Source: Candidatus Staskawiczbacteria bacterium | Lineage (GTDB): Bacteria > Patescibacteriota > Minisyncoccia > Minisyncoccales > Staskawiczbacteraceae | Direction of reading: 5' to 3' | NCBI GenBank assembly: GCA_023245145.1 | Contig: JAHFKW010000001.1 | Span: 9,823 to 73,822, forward strand | DNA: 64,000 nucleotides | Shown: positions 56,635 through 64,000 of the stretch, piece by piece | Numbering within the stretch: position 1 is the first letter of the stretch | Layout of the letters: every line of letters starts with the position of its first letter | Notes under the pieces: generated by a model | Database searches by the model: none | What the model was told of the DNA's origin: nothing | The model's input: only the letters and a program-made list of their open reading frames with translations | Position numbers and translations under genes: made by a program

Positions 56635-58113
56635 CTATTTCCCTACGTCAAGACGCGGGAACAATTGTGCTGATTTTTCTTGTCTCGCCGAAGCCTTGGC
56701 GAAGGTGGATGGTTCAACCGCCACTTTTATCTTTTCTGCAGTTTCGGGCATAAAAGGCATTAGCAACCCATAAATTTCTTCCAGTGCAAAAAGTATGTCA
56801 GAAATTACTTGTGGCGCCGCGGGCGTTCCCGACCATGGCTTTTCTTCGTTAATATATTTGTCGCAAAAAGAAATCAATTCCCAAATGGATTTGAGTGACT
56901 CATTAAATTTAAATTCTTCTAAGTATTTTTGGCACTCTTTTTGTGTTTCCTTGATTTTCGCCTTCAGATTTTTATTTACAACTTGATAACTTGATAACTT
57001 GATAACTTTCAACTTCATCGCCAACGTGACAGTTCTAGCTAGCAAGTTCCCTATCCCTCCGGCTAAGTCAGCATTATATCGCTGTTCAAACTTTTCTATA
57101 GTAAAATCACCGTCTTCCGTGGGAGTAATTTCACGCAGTAAAAAATACCTGACTGCGTCGGCTCCGTATTTCTTTACCAATTCAAAAGGATCTACCACAT
57201 TGCCCAAAGATTTGGACATTTTCTGTCCGCCCACAGTTATAAAACCATGAATAAAAATCTGGGTTGAATTAGGCAAACCGGCTGACATAAGCATCGCTTG
57301 CCACATGCTGGATTGTTGGCGTAAATTATCTTTGCCAGCCATTTGCATGCCCGGCCAGAATGCTTTAAACTGCTTGGCATTTTCCGGCCAACCCAGAGCA
57401 GAAATATAGCTCACCAATGCGTCTGTCCAAACATACATAACGTGCCTTTCATCTCCCGGCACATCAATTCCCCAGGGCATTTTTTCTTTTAAACGAGAAA
57501 TGCTAAAATCTTGCAGACCTCTTTTGGTAAATTCTTTTATTTCATTCAATCTTCCTTCGGGTACAACAAAGCTTGGATTTTTTTCATAAAAGTCTAAAAG
57601 TAGTTTTTGATACTTTGAATATCTGAAAAAATAATTTTCTTCTTCAATTAATTCTATTTCTAAATTCGGGTGAATCGGACATATTCCATTTTCCAATTCC
57701 GAATCCATTTTTTCCAACTCGCAACCCACGCAGTATTTTACTTTGTAATTTTTTTTGTAAATATCCCCATTTTTTTCGCAAAGCTTCCAAAATTCCTGCG
57801 CCGCTTTTTTATGATTATCGTCGGTTGTACGAATAAAATTACTGTAGCTTAAATTCAGCGCTGACTTTAAATCATTAAATTTAGGGGCATACATATCACA
57901 GTAAACTTTTGGATCCATTTTCGCCTCCAGAGCCTTACGATAAATTTTAATACCATGCTCATCACTTCCCGTGTTAAAAAATACTTCAAATCCCTGCTGG
58001 CGTTTGACTCTAGCAATTACATCCGCCTGTATAAGTTCCATGGCAAAACCAATATGCGGATCAGCATTTACATAGGGCAACGTAGTGGTGATATAAAAAC
58101 TTTTAGCTTTCAT
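56635..58113 (-). CDS. metG: Methionyl-tRNA synthetase
   Basis: PYVNADPHIGF (HIGH), KMSKSLGN, the Zn knuckle CPIH and an anticodon-binding domain. Start at the internal Met MKAKSFYITT. Confidence 0.9.
   Translation of the reverse strand: MKAKSFYITTTLPYVNADPHIGFAMELIQADVIARVKRQQGFEVFFNTGSDEHGIKIYRKALEAKMDPKVYCDMYAPKFNDLKSALNLSYSNFIRTTDDNHKKAAQEFWKLCEKNGDIYKKNYKVKYCVGCELEKMDSELENGICPIHPNLEIELIEEENYFFRYSKYQKLLLDFYEKNPSFVVPEGRLNEIKEFTKRGLQDFSISRLKEKMPWGIDVPGDERHVMYVWTDALVSYISALGWPENAKQFKAFWPGMQMAGKDNLRQQSSMWQAMLMSAGLPNSTQIFIHGFITVGGQKMSKSLGNVVDPFELVKKYGADAVRYFLLREITPTEDGDFTIEKFEQRYNADLAGGIGNLLARTVTLAMKLKVIKLSSYQVVNKNLKAKIKETQKECQKYLEEFKFNESLKSIWELISFCDKYINEEKPWSGTPAAPQVISDILFALEEIYGLLMPFMPETAEKIKVAVEPSTFAKASARQEKSAQLFPRLDVGK
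56971..57010. repeat. Octanucleotide tandem repeat (AACTTGAT x3-4) inside metG
   Basis: caacttgataacttgataacttgataactttcaactt. Confidence 0.5.
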
Positions 58114-59137
58114 ACGTAACCTCTTCTTGCTTCTTTTTCTCCAAAAATTCGCGGGAAAATTCATAGATAATGCCAAACACTGGCACCGCAAAAATCATAC
58201 CCAAAAAGCCAAACACATGTTCACCCACCAAAAGGGCGATTAACACCAGTACCGCCGGTAAAGCAATAACTTTTTTCATCAATATGGGTGTAAAAATTTT
58301 AATTTCAATTTCGTGGATAATAAATAAAACAACTACGACATACACTGCCGTCAGCCAAGAATCCGACGCCCCCACAAAAACTCCCGACAAAATTACTGTA
58401 ATCAACGGCCCAATATATGGGACAAAATTTAATACTCCGGCAATCAAAGCTAAAATGAAAGCATATTTTACCCCTAACAAAAACAGCATCGCAAAAGAAA
58501 CCACTCCCACCAAAAAACAGGCAACAATTCTGGCTCCAAACCAGCCCGCCACCTTGCTTTGAGCCCGACCAAAAAGCACCAGGGCCTGATTTTCGTATCT
58601 TTTGGGTAACAGTAATTTTAAGACGGTTTCAGTTCCCCGTTTCTCCAAAGAAATGTAAAAAGCCAAAGTTAAAATCATGAAGGTTGAATACACTCCTCCA
58701 AAAAAAGTTACCACAGCCTTAAAAATACTACCCGAACTATCTTTTAAACCGGCTGCCAAGCCCGCCGTGAAATCTTCAAAGTTTTTTGCCACCTCAAAAC
58801 CAAATTCTTTCAAAATGGGATTGAACTTTTCAAAATACCCAGGGATGTTTTGAGCTAGCTGGTTGAGTTCAAATAGAAACGTTGGCGCGGCAAGATATAA
58901 CAAGAGCCCCAAAGCTCCGAAAATAGATAAGTATACCAATGAGGTAGCCAAAATCTTAGGCAATCTTAATCGCGTTAAAAAAACAATTCCCGGTTCAAAT
59001 AAAATAGAAATAATTAATGCAAAAAAGAACCAAATAACAATTTCTCGAGATAAATACAAAAGCACTAATAAAAAACTTACGGCCAAAACTTTGCCAATCG
59101 CCTCCCAGGAAATGTCCAATGTTTGTTTATCTATCAT
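58103..59137 (-). CDS. AI-2E family transporter (PerM/YhhT-like)
   Basis: 344 aa, about 8 TM, with AI-2E family topology and C-terminal conserved Gly-rich helices. Confidence 0.6.
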   Translation of the reverse strand: MIDKQTLDISWEAIGKVLAVSFLLVLLYLSREIVIWFFFALIISILFEPGIVFLTRLRLPKILATSLVYLSIFGALGLLLYLAAPTFLFELNQLAQNIPGYFEKFNPILKEFGFEVAKNFEDFTAGLAAGLKDSSGSIFKAVVTFFGGVYSTFMILTLAFYISLEKRGTETVLKLLLPKRYENQALVLFGRAQSKVAGWFGARIVACFLVGVVSFAMLFLLGVKYAFILALIAGVLNFVPYIGPLITVILSGVFVGASDSWLTAVYVVVVLFIIHEIEIKIFTPILMKKVIALPAVLVLIALLVGEHVFGFLGMIFAVPVFGIIYEFSREFLEKKKQEEVTYES

Positions 59138-59139
59138 GT

Positions 59140-60411
59140 TTAAAAAGTTAACAATTTTTCAAATACCTCTTTCTCTTTATCTAAAAATGGACCAATGACC
59201 GAAAGATTTAACTTTTCATTCTTAAAAATATCTTGGGCTACCTTCTTTATATCAGAAGCTGTAACTTTATCAATCATGTCTAGCTTTTGCTCCGGCGTCA
59301 TCACCTCTTGGCGCATTACTTCTTGGGTGGCATAGAAAGAAGCTTGAGTGTCAGTGCCGTCCAGCGAAAGCGAAGTCGAACCACGCACATAGTCTTTGGC
59401 TTTTTGTAATTCTTCAGCCGAAACCTCGTTGTTGCACAAATCTTTGTATTCAGCTAGCACTAAACCAATAGCTTTTTCCAAGCTGTCATTTTTAATGCCT
59501 GATTGCGTCACCAAATATCCCGTGTCGGTAGCACTATCAACGCTGGTATGAATGTAATAACCCAGCCCATTTCTTTCTCTGACAGAAATAAACAAGCGCG
59601 AACTCATGTTACCCCCAAGCATGATTGCAATTAACTGTAATGCGTAACGACGCGGATCGTACATGTCATACGCCCTCGCGCCCAGGCAAAAATGGGTTTG
59701 GTCAGTTTTTTTGTAGTGTAAAAAGACGCCTGGCCTTGACTGCGATTCTTTTACCGGCAATTTTTCAGGAGCTTTTCTCACTTGAATATTAGCAAAATAT
59801 TCGCCCATCTTTTTTTCAATGTCTTTTTCATCAATATCCCCCGCCACGCACAAAACCGTGTTGTCGTTGGAATAATGGCTGTGAAAATAATCCATTAATT
59901 TTTGGCGATTGTAAGCGGCAATAGTTTCTTTTTCTCCCACAATCCTCCAACCGGCAGGCGTATCGCCATACAAAAGCTCTTCAAACAATTCCGAAACATA
60001 ACTGGTGGGCGTATCTAAATACATATTCAATTCTTCCGTCACTACGCCTTTTTCCCTTTCTAATTCTTCAGCATCAAATTTAGAATTTAAAAAAATATCC
60101 GAAATCCAATCTAAGGCCGTGTCAGCATGCTTTTTATCTACTTTCGCCCAGTAACCCGTCACTTCTTTTGAGGTGAAAGCATTGTACTGTCCACCAATTT
60201 TATCTAAAGTTTCAGAAATTGCCAAAGTGTTGGGCCTTTTTTGGGTACCCTTAAAAAACATGTGCTCTAAAAAGTGCGAAATGCCGTTAATATCTTTGGT
60301 TTCGTATTTTGAGCCCGTGCCTACGAGCAGCAAAACCGTCACGCTATTGGCATTTTTCATCGGCACGGTTAAGATGCGCAAGCCATTTGATAAGGTAGAT
60401 TTTTTAAACAT
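59140..60411 (-). CDS. M16-family zinc peptidase (insulinase-like)
   Basis: Inverted zinc motif HFLEHMFFKGT (HxxEH), then the downstream E. Confidence 0.8.
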   Translation of the reverse strand: MFKKSTLSNGLRILTVPMKNANSVTVLLLVGTGSKYETKDINGISHFLEHMFFKGTQKRPNTLAISETLDKIGGQYNAFTSKEVTGYWAKVDKKHADTALDWISDIFLNSKFDAEELEREKGVVTEELNMYLDTPTSYVSELFEELLYGDTPAGWRIVGEKETIAAYNRQKLMDYFHSHYSNDNTVLCVAGDIDEKDIEKKMGEYFANIQVRKAPEKLPVKESQSRPGVFLHYKKTDQTHFCLGARAYDMYDPRRYALQLIAIMLGGNMSSRLFISVRERNGLGYYIHTSVDSATDTGYLVTQSGIKNDSLEKAIGLVLAEYKDLCNNEVSAEELQKAKDYVRGSTSLSLDGTDTQASFYATQEVMRQEVMTPEQKLDMIDKVTASDIKKVAQDIFKNEKLNLSVIGPFLDKEKEVFEKLLTF

Positions 60412-61687
60412 GATCTTTTAAAAATTGTATTAAATCTTTTATTTTTATTCTTTCCTGTTTCATGGTGTCGCGATCGCGCACCGTTACGCTATCGTCTTTC
60501 TCTAACGTATCGAAATCCACTGTCACGCAGTACGGCGTGCCGATTTCATCTTGGCTAAAATATCTTTTGCCAATGTTACCGCGGTCATCCCAAGCTACCA
60601 TCATGTCTTTTTTCAAATCATCATAAATTTCACGGGCTTTGGCCACCAATTCCGGCTTGTTTTTAAGTAACGGAAACACTGCCACTTTGTAGGGCGCCAG
60701 CTGAGGTTTTAGCTTCAAAACCACCCTTTCTGCCTCTTCTTGATAGGAATCGCACAAAACGGCTAAAACAGACCTGTCCACCCCAAAGGTTGGCTCAATA
60801 ACATGTGGGTAAAAAGCTTCACCGCCTTCTTCTTTATATGGTGCGCCATCCTTGTAGTGATTCTTTAAATCAAAGTCAGTTCTGTATGCTAGACCATATA
60901 ATTCTTTTTTACCAAAGGGAAATTCATATTCAAAATCAATGGTTCGCTTTGAATAGTGTGCCAATTCATCTTTGGCAACTTCTAATTCGTGCACTTCTTT
61001 TAATCCCAAAACCTCTTTCATCCAAATTTGCATTTCGCTTCTCCAATACTCAAAAGAAGTTTCCCAATTTTTTTCTTCAATAAAATACTCAATCTCCATT
61101 TGCTCAAATTCGCGCGTGCGGAAAATAAAATTTCCCGGGGTAATTTCATTTCTAAACGCTTTTCCAATTTGCGCAATACCAAATGGAACTTTTTTACGCG
61201 AAGTTTCAAGGACATTTTTAAAATCCACAAACATAGCTTGGGCTGTTTCGGGGCGGAAATAAACAATAGAATCTTTATCTTCAACTGGGCCTAAAAACGT
61301 TTTTAGCATTAGGTTGAATTGTTTTGCTTCAGTAAAATCCTTTTCGCCACATTTTATGCATCTTTTTCCTGGTATCAAGTCATCCCTGTACCTAGTGTTA
61401 CACTTTTTACATTCAATCACTAGATCAGTAAATTCATTTAAATGCCCACTTGCTTCCCATACTTTTGGGTTCATAATTAAAGCCGCGTCAATGCCAACCA
61501 TATCGTCTCGCTGTTGGACAAAACGCTTCCACCAAAGATTTTTGATGTTATTTTTTAACTCAACTCCTAATGGGCCATAGTCCCATGAATTAGCCAAGCC
61601 GCCATAAATTTCGCTGCCCGGAAACACAAAACCCCGCCTTTTGCATAGCGAAATAATTTTTTCCATTAGATCGTTTTCTTTTTTCAT
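60404..61687 (-). CDS. glyQS: Glycyl-tRNA synthetase (alpha2 dimeric type)
   Basis: RRGFVFPGSEIYGGLANSWDYGPLG, class II motifs and an anticodon-binding C-terminus. Confidence 0.9.
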   Translation of the reverse strand: MKKENDLMEKIISLCKRRGFVFPGSEIYGGLANSWDYGPLGVELKNNIKNLWWKRFVQQRDDMVGIDAALIMNPKVWEASGHLNEFTDLVIECKKCNTRYRDDLIPGKRCIKCGEKDFTEAKQFNLMLKTFLGPVEDKDSIVYFRPETAQAMFVDFKNVLETSRKKVPFGIAQIGKAFRNEITPGNFIFRTREFEQMEIEYFIEEKNWETSFEYWRSEMQIWMKEVLGLKEVHELEVAKDELAHYSKRTIDFEYEFPFGKKELYGLAYRTDFDLKNHYKDGAPYKEEGGEAFYPHVIEPTFGVDRSVLAVLCDSYQEEAERVVLKLKPQLAPYKVAVFPLLKNKPELVAKAREIYDDLKKDMMVAWDDRGNIGKRYFSQDEIGTPYCVTVDFDTLEKDDSVTVRDRDTMKQERIKIKDLIQFLKDHV

Positions 61688-61696
61688 TGCCTTATC

Positions 61697-62539
61697 TTAC
61701 TGTAAAATCGGTAAAATATCCACTGGCGAAGTTTCAATGGGCGCTGGCGGCTCAACAACAAACACATCATCAACAGTTTCCTTAATCACCACGAATGTAC
61801 CGTCAACCCATTTCCCTAAGCGTGCTACAAAATGCAGATTATCCGGAGCGTCAGAATTAATAATTCCCATAATATTTATTTTTCCACCTTGACCCAACAT
61901 AAGTGTCGGCAATTTATACTCATTACTATCCAACGAAGCTGGATTTGAAGACTTAAAGGTAAATCCTTCTATTTTATCCAGTTTAATACTTATATTTTCC
62001 AATGGATAATCCACGCTTGAAGCGTATTGGAGTGAGTACGTCATTGTTTGACCTTTAATAGGCGTAAGTGGCATATCATACACCAGCGCCGTGGCAACCG
62101 CATTAATGGTAGTCTTAATATCGGCATCGCTTTCATACCTAACTGACAAATTATGGGGATTATATGTCAAACTAGCTTTAGCTGTTTTTACGTCGCCCTC
62201 CTTACCCAAAAGCCTTACTTTGAAACTCAAAGCATTTTCTTCTCCCGGACTGATATCTTTCACTTTTTGGGTAAAGCGTAATGTATTATCTTCCGTCAGA
62301 GAATTATCAGGCAACGTAAATACCAACTTGGGATTTTCCATTACAAAATTTCCGATGTTTTTATACGTCACCGTGTATTCAATTTCATCTCCCATACCAG
62401 CTTGAATCGGACCAGTAATTTTTATGCTTAACGCGTCAGTTGAAAACATCGTATTTTTATAAATAAAAAGTGCGGCGACGGTAATCAGCAGTATTACCAA
62501 TAGCACAGTAGCCATAATTAAATTTTTATTTATTTTCAT
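61697..62539 (-). CDS. Membrane-anchored hypothetical protein with beta-rich (DUF11/CARDB-like) extracellular region
   Basis: N-terminal TM, then a beta-strand-rich sequence with an Ig-like repeat pattern. Confidence 0.35.
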   Translation of the reverse strand: MKINKNLIMATVLLVILLITVAALFIYKNTMFSTDALSIKITGPIQAGMGDEIEYTVTYKNIGNFVMENPKLVFTLPDNSLTEDNTLRFTQKVKDISPGEENALSFKVRLLGKEGDVKTAKASLTYNPHNLSVRYESDADIKTTINAVATALVYDMPLTPIKGQTMTYSLQYASSVDYPLENISIKLDKIEGFTFKSSNPASLDSNEYKLPTLMLGQGGKINIMGIINSDAPDNLHFVARLGKWVDGTFVVIKETVDDVFVVEPPAPIETSPVDILPILQ

Positions 62540-63144
62540 GTGATGTGTTCCAATAAATAGCGACGATAATTTTCTGAAACAGTTACCAAAGACTTTTGTG
62601 CTTCTTTTTTAAATGACAAAGTTATTAAATCTTCCCACTCTTTTTTTATAATCATGGTAATAATATGAGCTGTTTTTGAGGGCATATTTGAAAATTCCGG
62701 AGCGTATCCTAACAGTGCAACAAAATTCCAAAAAAAATAGTAATACATTAATTGACGAGGCTCCAACCTGTCTAACTTTTCAAAAGTTTCGATGATAAGT
62801 TGCAATATTTTTTCATCCCTTTCTTCACCTTTGATAAAATCGTCCAGTAAATTACTAATCTGGCCAGCCATGACAGATTTTTCAGGTGAATCTGTAATAC
62901 TGTTAAATTTTTGAGTAATCACTGCGTCCGTTAACGTTTTTTTATTCTTGCCTTGAATAAATTCAATGTCGGAAATATGAAAAAGATCTATTCCACCGCG
63001 CAATTTTGAATTGATTTTTCTGATTGCCTTACCAAAAACTTCCAGGCGACCAAACTCTCTTGTAAAAATAGAAAAAAACCGGTCCGCCTCCGCCCTATCT
63101 TCTTTTTTAAAAATAAACCCGCGAGTTTTATAATGAACGGCCAT
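62536..63144 (-). CDS. recO: DNA repair protein RecO (short form)
   Basis: N-terminal OB-fold pattern KTRGFIFKKEDRAEADRFFSIFTREFGRLEVFGKAIRKINSKLRGG. Confidence 0.55.
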   Translation of the reverse strand: MAVHYKTRGFIFKKEDRAEADRFFSIFTREFGRLEVFGKAIRKINSKLRGGIDLFHISDIEFIQGKNKKTLTDAVITQKFNSITDSPEKSVMAGQISNLLDDFIKGEERDEKILQLIIETFEKLDRLEPRQLMYYYFFWNFVALLGYAPEFSNMPSKTAHIITMIIKKEWEDLITLSFKKEAQKSLVTVSENYRRYLLEHIT

Positions 63145-63590
63145 TAATACTTCATTCTTTTTAGCTTTTCCACAAGTTTCTGTTTTTGCTCCTCTTCTAT
63201 TCTAACCTCTTTGCCTTTCTTTTCTTTTCTCTCTGAATTTTTAAACCACTTTTTCACATTTTCACCCCATACCCTCTTTTTCCCTTCTTTGGGCAACTCT
63301 TCTATAACTTCCACACGCTGGCCTTGATTAAGATGGATGTGTGAATCATAGGCCTTTTTAGCTAATCTCCTTAATTCAGTCAGCTTCACCCCCTCTTTTT
63401 TATCAAATAAACTCTTCTCCTCATTTACTACTTCAACCTCAACTTTTGGATTCGGCTCGGCTTCCGTTTTTTTATGTCCAATTAGTAATTCGTGCAGAAA
63501 ACTTCTCGCTTCTGGCCGTGGCGTTTGACCGGGCATATCAGTTTTAAACTTTTCGGGTAATGAATGATTTGGATTTTTAAACTGGTCCAT
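63144..63590 (-). CDS. Hypothetical Lys/Glu-rich protein
   Basis: ORF with a 1-nt stop/start overlap to recO. No recognisable domain. Confidence 0.35.
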   Translation of the reverse strand: MDQFKNPNHSLPEKFKTDMPGQTPRPEARSFLHELLIGHKKTEAEPNPKVEVEVVNEEKSLFDKKEGVKLTELRRLAKKAYDSHIHLNQGQRVEVIEELPKEGKKRVWGENVKKWFKNSERKEKKGKEVRIEEEQKQKLVEKLKRMKY

Positions 63591-63594
63591 AGTA

Positions 63595-63918
63595 TTACGT
63601 TATATTATTTTTATAACTCTCCAAAATAGCAATTTTATCTTCCAAAACTGACCGTTCATACATATCGCGATGACCACTACGTTCTAAAAGTTTTTTTTCG
63701 TACGTAAGTGTTTTTAGTTTTTTATCAAGATAGGCCAAAGAAGGGCTAGTACTGCCAAATTCACGCTCAACTTCATAGATAAAATCTCGTCTGTCTCGCA
63801 ATGTCTCAACATGTTTTCTTATCCCAAACCCGCCTCGACTAGTATCGTGCCAGCGCATAACATGATCCCTAAAATTAACCTTGGTCGGTTTTGATTTACT
63901 CCATCCAAATATTCCCAT
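63595..63918 (-). CDS. Hypothetical protein
   Basis: ORF in operon-like spacing. No recognisable domain. Confidence 0.3.
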   Translation of the reverse strand: MGIFGWSKSKPTKVNFRDHVMRWHDTSRGGFGIRKHVETLRDRRDFIYEVEREFGSTSPSLAYLDKKLKTLTYEKKLLERSGHRDMYERSVLEDKIAILESYKNNIT

Positions 63919-64000
63919 AAGACATTACACTTTTTTAATAATAATATTTTTTTCACCCATACTAATATTCATTTCTATCGCCCGCATTTCGCGAAGCAAC

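Overview
This 64-kb window looks like part of a small, low-G+C genome of CPR/Patescibacteria type. Genes are tightly packed on both strands, several are shortened (short Mfd, short FtsZ, ComEC without a beta-lactamase domain), and it carries many aaRS, competence and surface-glycan genes. No rRNA, tRNA or CRISPR was found.

Three blocks make up the window:
- 1-14.8 kb is a surface polysaccharide/glycosylation cluster. It holds the GDP-fucose genes fcl, gmm and gmd, sugar methyltransferases and epimerases, GT1/GT2 enzymes, two Wzx-type flippases, two tandem membrane-anchored hexapeptide acetyltransferases, a cytidylyltransferase and an O-antigen-ligase/TPR protein.
- 15.8-33 kb holds a giant Thr/Gly/Ala-rich secreted protein with a peptidoglycan-binding domain, preceded by an ECF sigma/anti-sigma pair. 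It also holds a lamin-tail-domain protein, clpB, htrA and a second membrane-glycolipid module (PAP2, GT2, GH5-like, GT28-like).
- 34.9-64 kb is housekeeping. It includes comEC, ftsZ, ftsA, ybeY, rpsU, hisS, lepB, pth, mfd, dprA, topA, glyA, leuS, tatD, metG, glyQS and recO.

The key element is a complete diversity-generating retroelement (DGR) at 32.3-34.9 kb. It has a DGR-type reverse transcriptase with the LGxxxSQ motif and a divergently oriented Avd-like four-helix-bundle gene. Its 127-bp template repeat (TR, 33637-33763) and variable region (VR, 34129-34255) differ at 11 positions, all TR adenines (Asn AAY codons). The VR lies at the C-terminus of a G+C-rich target gene directly downstream of ftsA-ftsZ-comEC.

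Several short G+C-rich inserts are embedded in the low-G+C backbone: a gmm Nudix gene, the DGR target, an 81-aa basic protein, a 190-aa protein next to an XRE regulator, and an orphan csrA.
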